Shown here piece by piece: positions 25,061 through 39,209 of a stretch of DNA of 64,000 bases. The stretch is from the NCBI RefSeq assembly GCF_004010195.1, contig NC_057719.1, positions 40,030,872-40,094,871 of the forward strand, given 5' to 3'. The DNA comes from Chiloscyllium plagiosum (taxonomy: Eukaryota). The translations under genes and the position numbers were made by a program. Position 1 is the stretch's first letter; the number at the start of each line of letters is the position of its first letter. Under the pieces are notes generated by a model that was not told the origin of the DNA, ran no database searches, and saw only the letters and a list, made by a program, of their open reading frames with translations.

Positions 25061-27709
25061 CAAGATGGTTTTTTGGAACAGCTTATGATAGAATGCACTA
25101 AGGAATAGACAATTCTGGATTTGGTGATGAAAAATGAGTCAGATTTGATTAGGGAGCTTAAGGTGAAGGAACCCTGAGGGAGCAGTGATCGTATTCACCC
25201 TGCAGCATGATGGAGAATCTGGAATCAAATGTAACAGTATTACAATTGAGTCAGGGGAGATAATGGGAAAACAGAACCCATCTGATTCACAAATGTCCTT
25301 TTGGGAAGGAAACTGCCATCCTTACTTAATTTGGCCTACATGTGAATCCAGACTGTCAACAATGTGTCTGACTCTTAATTGCCTTCTGGGCTAACCAGCA
25401 ACACCCTCATCCTGTAAATGAATAGAAAAAATAACATAGAAAGACAAAAGGGAGGAGTTGGCCACAGCTGATTAGAAGGAGAGCCAGTGCAGCAGCAGTG
25501 GAACAGGACTGTAGACTGCAGGAGATTCTAGAGGTAATGCAGAAAGCACAGCAGATATTCATCTCAAGGAAGAAGAAACTAAGGGGAGGATGAGGCAGCC
25601 ATGGCAAGCAGAGCCAGGGATAGCACAAAAGCAAAAGAAAAAGCATACGATGTGTGCAGATTAGTGGGAAGCCACTGCAATTTGGAAGCCTTTAAAAACC
25701 TGCAGAGGACAACAAAAAAAGTAATAAGCAGGGAGACTGTGAAATAAGAGGGCAAGCTAGCTAGTAATATAAAAGAAGATTGCAAGAGTTTTTAGGCATC
25801 TAAAAGGTAAGTGTGAATATCGGACCACTGAAAAATTAGGCTGGAGTAGTAGTAATGGAGAGCTAAAAAATGGCAGAGGAACTGAATAGATACTTGACAT
25901 CAGTCTTCACAATGGAAGTTATTAGCAGTATACCAGAACTTTAGTCGGGGACAGAGGTGAATATAGTGGCCATAAGGGTGAAGGTGCTGGGGAAGCTGAA
26001 AGATCTGAAGATAGATAAAACACCCAGGTTGGATCAACTACACCTCAGGGTTCTGAAGGCGATAGCTAAAGTGATAGTGAAGACATTAGTGGTTATTTTT
26101 CAGGAATCACTGGAGTCAAGAAGGGACTCAGGGTGCTGGAAAATGGCAAATGTACACCCCTGTTGAAGAAGGGAATGAAGCAGATGGGAAATTATAGGAC
26201 GACTGGTCATTGGTAAGATTTTAGAGTCCATTAATAAGGATGAGATTATGGAGTACTTGGAAAACCTTGGTAAAATAGGGCTTGGTCAGCATGGCTTTGT
26301 TAATGGAAAGCAGCGCCTGACAAATCTGTTAGAATTCTTTGAGGAAGTAATGAGCAAGTTAGACAAAGGAGAGCAAGTAGATGCAATCTATCTGGATTTC
26401 CTGAAGGCCTTTGATAAGGTTGCTAAACAAGATGAGTCCATAGTGGTAAGGGAAAGGTACTGGCATGGACAGAGGATTGGCTGTCTGGCAGAAGACAGAG
26501 TGTGGGGATAAAGGGGTCTTTTTCAGAATGGCAGATGGTGACTAGTGGAGTCCTGCAGGGGTCATTTTTGAGACCACAGCTAATCACGTGAACCCTGTTA
26601 ACTCCTCAAAGATGCAGCTAGACCTACTGAGTTTCTCCAGCAATTACTGCTTTTGTTTGTTAACATGTTGCCTGGCCTGCTGAGTATTTCAGACATTCTT
26701 GATTCTCATTCAAGAACATGGATTCAATGTTTCTTTAATAAATGGCTAAAATCAGGGATAATGCATAATATGATGCATAATATTGTAAAATTCCAACAAC
26801 ACAAAGTTAAATTTCTGTGCTATATGTGTAATGCATTTGTGGCTTTCATAGCTCTAAACATAGCACAAAAAGCCCCAAATCTAAAAGTGAACTATTTTGT
26901 CTGCAGATACTGTCTGTCTAATCCATCATTCTGCATTATAGATTCCTATACCTACATTTAAAATGGAAACAGGTAATTTAAACTTGATCTACTACAAATA
27001 TATCTTTCTGCCTGCAACATCTCAGTTCTGTGTGACTCATCTAGACAACATGCAAAAGTAATTAGTAGTTAAGGCAAGAAAGGCTCCTCTCTCCAATAGA
27101 GAGGCAATTGTTTGCATGCAGTTTGAGGGGCACCACTCTGTAACCATGTATGTGACACTGTTGGAAAAAGTTCTATACCTCAACCAACTGCTTCTCAAAT
27201 TGCCATGAGTTGTCTGAATATATCCAAAGTTGAGGATGCTAGATTTTTGAACTCTAAGGGGATTGAAATATAAAAGAGGACAGGGAAGTCATAATATAAA
27301 CATAGGGAGAAAAGAAAACAATTGTAACTTAATTCATACATTTTGTTATTCAAAATCAGAACTCAGGGAAGAAACCAGGGAAGAGGTTACTTAAATACAG
27401 ACTCACTCAGTACAAAAAGTTGTGAAACAGAATATTACACTGGGAATGGAAGGAGGGGCATATGAGTAAACATGGCTTTAATTGGCAAAGATACAGCCAA
27501 ATGTTCAGATTTTAAATCGGTTTGGAATCAACATTGCTTTGCCATGGAACACATACTGTGGGTTGAACCATGACATTTTTTTTTACTCTTGTATGGGATA
27601 TGGGCATTTCTAGCAAGGTAGACATTTTGCCCACCCTTTGTTGCTCTTGAAGCTATTACTCTCTAGACCATTTCAGACGGCAGTTAAAAGTTAACCAGAT
27701 TTTTTTTCA

Positions 27710-28071
27710 GATTACTTACAGTGTGGAAACAGGCCCTTTGGCCCAAAAAGTCCACACCGACCCTCCGAACAGCAACCCACCCAGATCCATTCCCCTACAT
27801 TTACCCCTTCACCCAACACTACGGGCAATTTAGCATGGCCAATTCACCTAACCTGCACATTTTTGGACTGTGGGAGGAAACCGGAGCACCGGAGGAAACG
27901 CACACAAGACACAGGGAGAATGTGCAAACTCCACACAGACAGTTGCCTGAGGCAGGAATGCACACAAGACACAGGGAGAATGGGGAAACTCCACACAGAC
28001 AGTTGCCTGAGGCAGGAATTGAACCCAGGTCTCTGACGCTGTGAGGCAGCAGTGCTAACCACTGTGCCGCC
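27710..28071 (-). mobile_element. HE1-type SINE with an internal 60-bp tandem duplication
   Basis: Family match; 27900-27959 is repeated at 27960-28019. Confidence 0.88.
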
Positions 28072-28440
28072 CTATGGATATGAAGTCATACATAGACTAT
28101 AGACCAGGCAAAGACAGATGACCTTCTCTCAAAGATATTCGTCATTTTAAAAAAAATGACAGTTGACAATGGCTGAGTGATCACCATTAGATGAGATCTA
28201 ATTCTAAATTGTATCCAATTCAAATTTTACCACCCATTATGTTGAGTTTAAACCCATATTTCCAGAATATTAGCCTTAAACACAGAAATACTCATCTACA
28301 GACATTACCACAATGCTACTGAATTACAGGTTAAGCCTCCCTCCAAGGATTTCACTCTTTCTGTAGCATGTTACTCCCTCTCAGAACAGGACTGTAGGTT
28401 TTCTTTTATAAAAAAAAAAGCAACACACTCCTCTGCTTAC

Positions 28441-28642
28441 CAGATTTTGCTCTAGTCATCACATAGCCACCATTGCTAGATATGGTCAGTGACTGAGGTT
28501 TCAAGATCTCTCCTGGTGATGACTGGTTACTTTCTGATCTAGCTGCAGTAGAAACTTGGATGTAGGGTCCTACAGCAGCCACACGACCAGAGGTGTTAGA
28601 GTGCGCTGGTGTTGTTGGTGTGCCATTAATTCGATTCAGCTG
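28441..28642 (-). CDS. PPP1R13B: ASPP1 exon 9
   Basis: (Q)[29 protein letters not shown]...KPQSLTISS...RAKS; TAGCAG tandem acceptor (start 28642 or 28639), GTAAGC donor. Confidence 0.94.
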
Positions 28643-29729
28643 CTAGAGGAGAAACAGGTTTGTTTAAAACAAACATCAATATCAAATTTTAAGGAAAGGT
28701 CAACTGTTTCACCACAATAAATTTGCATTATTAGAATCTTATCTTGACAAAACTGGTTTGGACAACCAATTTTATATTGAGTTGGAGGATTATGCCACTA
28801 TAGTAGGATGGAAGGGAGGTAATGGCAAGTGGGACTTTAGGGGGTCCAATGGGACTCAAGTTAAAAAAGCTGAAAACAACTTCAGATTGACTGCTGGCTA
28901 GTAGACATTGTAAGAAGAAAATAGGTGGACAGTAATGGCAATAACTGCAGTCAGGAAGGAAAATGACGAGGTAGCCATGCCAGGAATTTTCCCATTGTCT
29001 CCATATACTTAGCATTCTTATGTTTGTACTGTAAATTCTAGTATTTCAGAGTACAAATATACAGTCATATTGCACAGAAACAGACCCTTCATTAATTAGA
29101 CTATGTTACAGTTAATTGGTTGAGAAAACAATGTCATTTCACAAAGTAGTTGCAAATAAGTGAGTAATCTGATTTCTTGGTATTATGCTAATTTGTAAAT
29201 AGTACAGGTCTGGGGAAAAAAGAAAAGTGGTTTTGGTTGGTCTCGTAGCTGCTACTTGCTGATTTTCCTATCTTCTGATTGCTTTGAAATGTCCAATGAT
29301 TACATGTCACCCAATTAGCAACTTAAAAAAATAGAAAACCAAGTGGCCTGGGTTTTTAGCCCTCTGGGCACACAAATGATGCGATGTTTTGAAACTATGA
29401 GGCTAATGATGCACAACAGATAATAATTTCCAATTATACAGATGTTAATGAAAGTCATTTTAACACAGTTGTTGCTCAATAATTCAGCAAAACAAAATGC
29501 AACAAATGGCATTGTATCATTACTTACTTATTAACAAGACAAAATTAGTGAAATCTTCATCTTTTAGGAAACAAGAGTTCAGATTGTGTGTTTAAAAGAT
29601 CTGCTTGCAAGGATATGATAAGCACAAATCAAAGCAGTTCAGAACTCTAATGTTTCTTTGCAGAACTGTGCACATTTGTTCAATTACAAACAAAATCTTA
29701 AGATATAAAAATAGAAATCAGCATCATAC

Positions 29730-29894
29730 AGGGATGTTTTCCTTTTGACGTGATTCAGATTTCTTCTTCCACAAACGTTCACGAAGTTCACTGATTCTTT
29801 TGTCCATCATCGTCACTTCCACATTACGCTTGTTAAGCAGTTCTTTTTGATGTTGAAGTTTAGTGTTTTGTTCCTGATTAAGTTTGTTGCGAAT
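29730..29894 (-). CDS. PPP1R13B: ASPP1 exon 8, coiled coil
   Basis: [55 protein letters not shown]; ctttttag acceptor, GTATGA donor; 165 nt. Confidence 0.93.
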
Positions 29895-30507
29895 CTAAAA
29901 AGGACAGTAAATCCATAGTGTGAAGATGTTCTGTATCATACTGTGTTTATGAACTCTTCCTCAAGCTCAAGTTTCGTTAGTTGGTCAGGGAAAGTTAGGG
30001 AGCGGCAAGCTTCTCTATTGCTGCTTTTCTGTTGTGTGAGACCTATGCTAATGGTGCTGGCTCCCAGCACGTTGGTGTTGTGCAGCCAGTGCCAATCCAA
30101 AATTGACGCTGCCAGATTGGTGAGGCTGGTTGCCAGAATGAATTTTTTTGAAGCAATTGGTCTTCCTAGTGCCTGGCTTAAGTGAATCAGCCACTTGATA
30201 GACTGATTTTGTTTGCTTGCCTTCTTAACCATTGTGCAAAATAAGTACATGGAACTATAATGAAAGCAGTTTTTTTTTTAAAAATCCTATGCTTCTATAA
30301 AGAACATCTTCAATCAAATGAAGATCACCATCTTCAGAAATGTCAAGGTGAATGCAGATTTATACTTTTAGCATTCAACAGTGTCATGACAAAGATGATG
30401 TTAAGATTCATGATCCTCTTTACTGAAATTAATTTTTTTCTCTTTGGTTCTAGGTACAATATGATAAAAATTCATACCGTACCTACAGTTCATGCCACAT
30501 GCCTTAC

Positions 30508-30704
30508 CTGCAGTTCTTGGTATAGCTTCTTTAATTCAACTGCAGCAGGTCCTGGCACTTGTCCATTATAAGACTGCAATCCATTAGATTTTCCTTTCCT
30601 CAAGTCGTCGAGTTGCTGTGTTAGCTGATCAACTTTCAATACAGCTGACTGCAACTCACGTTGTTTCTCATGGAACATATTATTGATGTGCTCAATTTCA
30701 GATG
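30508..30704 (-). CDS. PPP1R13B: ASPP1 exon 7, coiled coil
   Basis: (S)[38 protein letters not shown]...[13 protein letters not shown]; catag acceptor, GTAAGG donor; 197 nt. Confidence 0.95.
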
Positions 30705-33296
30705 CTATGAGAAGAAAAAAGGGCAAGAAAAATAAAAAATAGCAACCTCCAAATATGCTAGCAAAAATAGCAACCTCCCAAACTTCAAGAAAATAGCAAG
30801 ACAATATTCTAGTTTAAAGTTAATGTGCTGGAAAACAGCTAAAATCCACATGTTGTACCATTGGGTTGTAGGAGCTCTTGGATGCAATGCAATAAGGATG
30901 TCATACATGCATGAAACCATCGCTCCTGCCTTTTCATTGACCTTAACATGTCTGAACTTGAGGGCATGTGGCACATATGACAAGCTAAGAAATTTCTCAA
31001 ATACAGACTGGAGGACTTTGCCATGTTACAAATAGGAGAAATCATAAGGAATGGTATCGCTTGCACGGTCAACATTTATTTTTCCTCTCCAACTACTCGT
31101 GAGAAGTTGGTGACAAATCAATGCAGTCCATCTGGTGAAGGCAATTCCAAAATGCTGTCAGAAGAGACGGTTTTAGGCTTTTGATTCAGCAATGAAGAAT
31201 GAATGATACAATTTCCAGTCATTTCAATGTGAGACTTGCAAGAGAACCCAGAGTGCTCCCAGGTCTTTGAAGATTCATATGTTTGAGTGTTGATGCAGCT
31301 TTGGCAAGTGGCTGCAATGTATTTTCAGTGGCTGCACACATTATATCCCTGGTGCACTAATAGTGGAAGGAGTAAGGGTTTTAGAGTGGTTGTTGATCAA
31401 GCAGGCTGTTTTGTCTCTTATTTAGCCTTGAGTATTGTTGGACATCCAGGCAAGTAGAAAGTACTCCAGTGTTTTATACATTGTAAAACATTCCTTTTCA
31501 GGCATCAGTCAAGTTATAGCCATATAACAATTAATTTCTGATTTGTGCTCAATGTCAGTGTGCGCGCAGCTGGTACAGGTGTGTTTATGGTCAAGTGGAA
31601 CACCTCAGATGTAAGGGCTTTGACAATAGTGATGCCAGAGAATTTCAAAGGAGATGGTTAGATTCTCCCCTGCTCAAAACTCTGTGGCTTGATGAATGTG
31701 AGATACAATTGTTACTTCCACTTACAAGCCCAAAGCAGCAATGAGGCCATGATTTGCTGCATGTGGGCACAGATTGTTTCATCATTCGAGTATTTGAGAA
31801 TAGAATCAAGCAGTGCATAATGAAAAACTCCAATTCTGACATTATGATTGAGGGCAGATCAGTGAAAACTGGTAAGCAGGTCAGGGCTGTGCAAATGTCG
31901 CTTGATCGCACTGTCAATGACCTCAACGGACTGGATCTGTTGCCTTTAATAGTTGGAATACATGTGTACCCTGACACAAGTTTTCTTGTTGTTAAGTAAA
32001 AGCCAGTGTTCTAGTTATGTTGGAATAGCTTGGGTAGAAATGCAGCTGCTTCAGGAGCACATCTTGCAACAACGGAGCCATGCTGCTTCAGGGGAATCAT
32101 TCTTTATCCAGTATCTAGCTGACTTGGTCATTCCTTGATGTCACAAAGTGAATCAAGTTGACGAGAGGCTGAATTCAGTGGTGGTGAGGATCTCAGGAAT
32201 AGACCAAGGTAGATGATCGGGTTCACACTCTAGCATCATTGCAAATGCTTCAGCAATTTCTTTTGCAGTAATGCTGGGTTCTACCAAACTTAGGATGCTG
32301 ATATTCACGCAGCCTCCTTCTCAAACTAGATGGTCAATTGTACAACAACATTCACAACTGTACCTGGCAAGACTTCACATGTGCCCATTCATTACGATAC
32401 AAAAAACAAAGACAGGTTCAGTCCAGGGATATGGAGACTCATAACTGAAAATAATGGTCTAGCTGAGAGCTGAGCAGAGATTTGCAAAGGTTTTAGCATA
32501 ACTTATTTTTGCTGTTAATGGCTGTATTTACAAAGAATTCCAAGTACTTTCCTACAGCTACAGTAAACTACCCTGCCACCTTTAAAAATCTGCAAATCTG
32601 CATACTGTAAGGGCCCCATGTGCTATTAGGGGAAAGAAAGCCGATTTTATGGAGTAATGGTTCCTTTAAGAATTAGGAACTGAGTTCTAGCAAAAAACGC
32701 TGAGCACTACTAAATAGTTCATGTGATCAGGTTGCCTGGGAGATGAACAATATAAAACAAAAGGGTCAACAAGAAGAGGGATGAGTTCTTGATTCAAGCA
32801 GCTTAGCTTGGGAGTTTAGAATAAGTTGAAGGAAACATGTTGTTTAGCAGAATTCAGTTGAAATTCTGGGCATTAGCAAAAAAATGCTGGAACTGCTCAA
32901 CTACAGGGCTGCAATGGGAGGTGCATTTCTGGCATATCCAGGCTGAAGGAGGAAAGAGGAGAGATACAGAGGAGAGAGAGAGATGGAGAGAGAGAGAGAG
33001 ATTTTAGATAGAATCTCTTTAAATACAGAACATCAGAATTAGAAAAATGCCAGGGTGGGTTTGTTTTGGGGGGGGGGGGTGGAAGCTTAGCAACTTTACA
33101 ACATTTGCAGGAGATTTGAAGGGACAGCCTTGATGGATATATGCAAAAAGCTGAAGAAATCTTATTCTGAATTCAAGCTGTTAACAGCATCCAGATTAAG
33201 TTGTTACACATTCAAAGTTTGAGGGTTGCAGCGTTGGGGAAGGGAGAGGAAAACGGAGTCTTACACTTACACAATTGTATGCAATGCATTTTTGTT

Positions 33297-35470
33297 ATAG
33301 AGTCATAGAAACAGATCCTTCAGTCCAACTCGTCCATGCCAACCAGATATCCCAACCTAATTTAGTCCCATTTTCCAGCACATGGCCCAATGCCCTCTAA
33401 ACCCTTCTTTTTCATATACCCATCCAGATGCCTTTTAAATGTTGCAATTGTACCAGCCTCCACCACTTCCTCTGGCAGCACATTCTATAATCGCATCACC
33501 CCCAGCATGAAAACGTTGCCCCTTAGGTCTCTTTTACAGCTTTCACCTCTCACCCTAAACTTCTGCCCTCTAGTTCTGGACTTCCCCCCGCCCCAGGAAA
33601 AAGACCATATCTATTTACCCTATCCATGCCCCTCATGAATTTATAAACCCCTATAAGGTCACTCCTCAGCCTCCAACGCTCCAAGGAAAACAGCCCCAGC
33701 TTATTCAGCTTCTCCCTGTTTCCCAAATCTTCCAACCCTGGCAATGTGCTTGTAAATCTGTTCTGAACCCTCTCAAGTATCACAACATCCTTCTGAAAGG
33801 AGGGAGACCAGAATTGCACACTATATTCAAAAAGTGGCCTAACCAATGTCCTGTACAGTTGCAACATGACCTCCCAGTTCCTATACTCAATGCTGTGTCT
33901 AATAAAGGAAAGCATACCAAACGCCTTCTTCACTATCCTATCTAGCTGCGACTCCACTTTCAAGGAGTTATGAACCTGCACTCCAAGGTCTCTGTGTTCA
34001 GCAAGACTCCTCAGGACCTTACCATTAAGTTTTGCTTTTGCAAAATGCAGCACCTCACATTTATCTGAATTAAACTCCATCTGCCACTCCTCAGTCCACT
34101 GGCCCATCTGATCAAGATCCCATTGTAATCTGAGGTAACATTCTTCACTGTCCTCCACCACCAATTTTGGTGTCATCTGCAAACTTACTAACTATACCTC
34201 TTATGTTCACATCCAAATAATTTATACAAATGACAAAAAGCAGTGGACCCAGCCCTGATCCTTGTGGCACACCAATGGTCACAGGCCTCCAGGCTGAAAA
34301 GCAGCCCTCTACCTCCACTCTCTGTATTCTACCTTCAAGCCAGTTCTCTATCCAAATGGCTAGTTCTCCCTATATTCCATGACAATTTCTTTTTTTAAGG
34401 CTATAGTCTGCTAACCAGTCGTCCATGAGGAACCTTGTCGAACCTTTAGAAGCAAAGAGGTTCTTCTGCAGCTGTACAGGGCCCTGGTGAGACCACACCT
34501 GGAGTACTGTGTGCAGCTCTGGTCTCCAAATTTGAGGAAAGACATTCTGGCTATTGAGGGAGTGCAGCGTAGGTTCACGAGGTCAATTCCTAGAATGGCG
34601 GGACTACCTTATGCTGAAAGACTGGAGCGACTGGGCTTGTATACCCTTGAGTTTAGAAGACTGAGGGAATCTGATTGAGACATATAAGATTATTAAAGGA
34701 TTGGACACTCTGGAGGCAGGAAACATGTTTCCTTTGATGGGTGAGTCCCGAACTAGAGGACACAGCTTAAAAATACGGGGTAGACCATTTAGGACAGAGA
34801 TGAGGAGAAACTTTTTCATCCAGAGAGTGGTGGATGTGTGGAATGCTCTGCCCTAGAGGGCAGTGGAGGCACAGTCTCTGGATTCATTTAAGAAAGAGTT
34901 GGATAGAGCTCTCAAGGATAGTGGAATCAAGGGTTATGGAGATAAGGCAGGAACAGGATACTAATTAAGGATGATCAGCCATGATCATATTGAATGGTGG
35001 TGCAGGCTCAAAAGGGCAGAATGGCCTACTCCTGCACCTATTGTCTATTGAACGCTTTATTGAAGTCCATATAGATCACGTCCACCACTCTGCTCTCATC
35101 AATCCTCTGTTACTTTTTCAAAAACTTATTAAGGTTCCTGAGACATGACTTTCCATGCACAAAGCCACGTTGACTATCAGTCCTTGGCTTACCAAATGCA
35201 CGTAAATGTCAGGCTCACAGGTCTATAGTTCCCTGACCTTCCCTTACCACCTTTCCTAAATAATGGCACCACGTTAGCCAACCTCCAGTCTTCTGGCACC
35301 TCACCTGTGACTATCAATGATACAAATATCTCAGCAAGGGGCCCAACAATCACTTCCCTAGCTTCCCACAGATCTCTAAGGTACACCTAAGCAAGTCCTG
35401 GGGATTTATCCACTTTTTTGTGTTTTAAGACATCCAGCACCTCCTGCTTTGTAATATGGATATTTTTCAA
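33297..35470 (-). mobile_element. CR1 LINE (RT to 3' tail), interrupted by an opposite-strand CR1
   Basis: ORF 33550-34182 WQMEFNSDKCEVLHF...LVRPLFEYSVQFWSP; GEVPEDWRLANVVPLF. Confidence 0.9.
34445..35050 (+). mobile_element. Younger CR1 3' fragment nested in the opposite orientation
   Basis: RPHLEYCVQLWSPNLRKDILAIEGVQRRFTR; ttgtctattg tail; host sequence resumes at gaacgctttattgaagtcc. Confidence 0.88.
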
Positions 35471-36219
35471 GATATCACCATTTTTCTATAGTAAAATTAT
35501 TTTATTTAAACTGTGAACTTTGTGGCTCCATTCTTTTAATAAATAGCTGGGTTTTCAGATTCTTTAAAAAAAAAAATGCCGGTTTCATTCAAGATCATAA
35601 GAATCCCTTGATCCCTGGGCTCCTGTACTCACTGCCTTTTCATAACATACCTCCCAAAACTTCCTACATACTTGACCATTTTAAATTGCTTTGTCCATGT
35701 GTCTCCCAATCTTACTAATCTGTCTGTGCTTTCCAGAAGTATGCCACTATCTTGTTCACTTTATTACCAAATTTTGTATCATCCACATGCTTCAAAACTG
35801 TACCTAAGTTTAACATGGGAAAGGTATCTAAAAAGATACTAGTGTTTTAATGGTTCGTAACAAGAAGTCCCTTGATTTGTAAAATTCACAATGTCTGCAA
35901 ATTTGATAGCTTTTGGAAACAAAAGTTTCAAAAAGAAATGCAATGCATACTATGCACATAACTCTTCAGGCAACCACAGCAAAGATTAAGATTCCATATA
36001 TTTTGATAGAAAGAATGAAGAGGGAAATATAAAATAAAGGGCAAAACTTTGAAAGGAGAGAAGACTAAAGCCTTAAAAAAAGAAATTGTCAAAATAGGAG
36101 AACAATTTAATGAGGCCGAATTCAATGAATAAATGGGATTTAGATTTTAGCACATGGATGCAAAATGAAAAGACTGCAGTAATGTTGGGCCTCAGAAAGG
36201 ATCTTCGAAATTATACTAT

Positions 36220-36720
36220 ACAGAAGTAGGCATTTCAGCCTCTTGAGCCTGGTCTTCCTTCGCAACATCATTTTCCCGTACTATCTTCGTAACCTTTGAT
36301 ATTTTTAATAATTATAAGTCTATGCCCTGAACATACTTAATGACTGAACATCCAGAGTCCTTTGGTATTGAGAATTCCAAAGACTCACTATCCCCTGAGG
36401 AGATTCTAAGTCCTAAATTACTTACCCTTATTCTAAGGCTGCATTCCCTGAATATAGAACGCCAGCCAGTGGAACAATCCTTTCTACATATACCCTCTAA
36501 AGCCCTATAATAATTTTCTATGGCTCAGTGACATGTCCTCTTTTTCTTCTAAACTCCAGAGAATACAGGGTCAATCTCCACAGTCCCTTCTCAGTGGACA
36601 ACTCCAACATCCCTAGAATCAATGTGGGATATTTCTTGCTGCACTCAATGAGTGTCAGGGGTATCTTACCTTGGGTAAGGAGCCCAAATCTACACCGAAT
36701 AATCCAGGCGCAGTTGCACC
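36220..36720 (-). mobile_element. Decayed CR1 3' fragment
   Basis: cttctaaactccagagaataca and similar remnants shared with other CR1 copies in the window. Confidence 0.6.
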
Positions 36721-37539
36721 CAAGCCTCGACTGTATTGCATTTAGAATATTGCATTCAGTTTTGGGAATTTCACTTTACACAGAATGTCAAGACCAATGA
36801 AAAGATACTGAAGAGACAACAGTTTTGAAGATTACACTAGAGAAATTTGGTTTTACACCTAAAGATGTATGATACTGACAGACACAAAGAACTGCAGATG
36901 CGAGTAATCTAGAACAAAAACAGAGTACTGGAGAAACACAGTGGGTCTTGCAGCAGGCAGCATCTGTAAAGAGAAAGTTTCACTGCGTCACTGGACTCGA
37001 AATGTTTTTGTTTAAAAATATTGAGTTTTGTCGAGGTAAATATGGAAGAAACATTCTCATGAACAACGTGTGACTAGAAAAGATCATAAATTGAATTTTG
37101 ATCATAAATTCAATTGTAAAATGAAGGAGGCATTAAGTGTTTTTCAAAACAAAATCAAGAAACTTGTTAGAATGTGAAATGCTTGGTCAGAAACGAAGTG
37201 GAAGCAGTATTCACAATTTCTTCTAGAAAGCAAAGTGGATAAATATTTGTAAAATAAGAACAATAAATGGCACTGGGGAAAGGAACAAATGAAGAGCTCT
37301 TTCAGAGAGCCGACACAGGTATAAGCAACACATACTGCATATTCTATGATATTGTCCAAAATAAATTAACTTTTTACTGATAGACCTTAACTATATTTTA
37401 AAATTCATTCACAGGATGCCAGCATCGCTGGCTAGGCCAGCATTCATTGCCCACCCCTAATTTCCCAGAGGGCAGTTGAGAGTCAACCACATTGCTAGTG
37501 CTTGAAAATCAAAATATATTTGAAATGAAGAATACTCAC

Positions 37540-37714
37540 ATAGATTGCCATTGATAATTTTACTGTAGTCCACCTGTCCTCGCATAGCTCGTATCCGTTT
37601 CAATTTTGCCTCCTGACTCTCCATACGTTCTTTCAATTTTTGTAATTTTTCACTTTCTGAAATAGACTGCTGCTGACGCCGCTCTTGTTGTTTCAGATAA
37701 CGCAAACGCTGCTC
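37540..37714 (-). CDS. PPP1R13B: ASPP1 exon 6, coiled coil
   Basis: [58 protein letters not shown]; aag acceptor, GTGAGT donor; 175 nt. Confidence 0.95.
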
Positions 37715-39209
37715 CTTTGGGAAAAAGAGGAACCAAGTACTGATCTTTGATTCTGCTTCTTCAAATTAAAATCTTGCAACACAAATATGGACACTATATT
37801 ACAGGGTAAAGCAACATGTGAGTATTTAAACCAAAAGCAGAATACTGTGGATACTAGAAATCTGAAATAAGAGCAAAAAGTGCTATAATTATCAAGCAGG
37901 TTTGGCAGCATCTAGTGAAAGAGAAACACGTGATGCTGCCAGATGACTGAATATTTCTAGCATTGCTTATACCTAAATTGCAATATTACAATTTTGCATT
38001 TCAAAAGCCTCCATTTGCTGTGCTGCATCAGAGACACAAGGTATCTTAAAGTGAAGATTAAGTACTATGATAGATTGATTTGTGGAACAATACCTTGTTT
38101 CAGATTTATGACAGATCAAGAGTGTTGGCAGGCAAGAAGAGAACTTTGTGTCAGAGTTTTACTCTGTTGAATGGCAACAATGTGACTCTGTGCTTACATT
38201 TCCCTTGCAAATCCAATTTGGTATTCTTGCTTGTCTTCAGAAGCCAGCAAATCACAGTGCAAAATGATTCACAGATCAGTGAAGTAGGAGAATGCAAAAT
38301 TAAGTGGATGTTCTGTTTATCTAAACTTGAACCTTGAGTGAGTCTATGTTGGCTATTATGTTTTCACAAGTACCTATACAAATCCAGCGGTCACCAGATA
38401 GTTTTGTAAAAGAAAATCACAAAATCAAGCTATCAATTAAAGCGTTAAGTTTAAAGCAGAAACTAACCAGTATGAGAATATGAAATTTTGCTGGGAGCAA
38501 ATTCTCAGTATTGTAGACAGAGGGAGGTATGAGATGGCCTTACTACCTCTTGCACCTCCGAGTTTGCTTACTCTAAATGAGGTCTCTTGCAAGAAAGGAC
38601 TATTATGATCCTCAAGAACCTTTCTTTGCCAAAAAATTTGAATTAAACACAATAGCAGCTTGTTTCTAATTGCTGCAGGCCCAGAACATTTCTTAAAAAG
38701 CCAACATGTGCAGACAGGGAGACAAACTCAACCACTTTGTGGGACCCTAGAGTCAAGTTGGAAATTGAATTTCCTTTAAAGTTTGAGATAAAGACACACA
38801 ATACTATTGAGAAATTATTCTGGATTGTATATAATCTAAATCACATATCCTTGTTTGAATATTCAATTGCTTCTTAAGATAGATTTAAAAATCTTAAAAA
38901 ATTAACTTTAAAGTAGAATTGTCATGGTACAACTATTTTTAGTTATCACAGACTTCTCAATACTGCAATGAATTCGGAATTGATTCTTATAATGAAGTCA
39001 TGAGTATTAAGGGTGTAGTCTCCTACTTAATCCTCATTATCACAAACACAGATAACAAGAACATAGAACTCTTAATTAAGGATTTTCAAAGATTTTAACT
39101 GGTTAACTTACGGCAAGTTGTTTCTGCTGTAATATTCCTACAGAAATATTCTGTTCCGAAACAATTTTGCTAGTTTGGAAACTTTTCAGACTTGGTAGAC
39201 ATTTCTTTG

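Larger units (their letters stand above)
24066..26590 (+). mobile_element. CR1 LINE ORF2 (EN-RT), interrupted by Penelope and SINE inserts
   Basis: LKVLYLNA.S EN start; QHGF...LTNLLEFFEEV...DAIYLDFLKAFDKV. Confidence 0.85.

Noticed and set aside
29936..30250. 104-aa minus-strand ORF in intron 7 ending at a phase-0 GTATGA donor
   Set aside because: Splicing to exon 8 would need a 47-nt intron, too short for a vertebrate; no recognisable homology.
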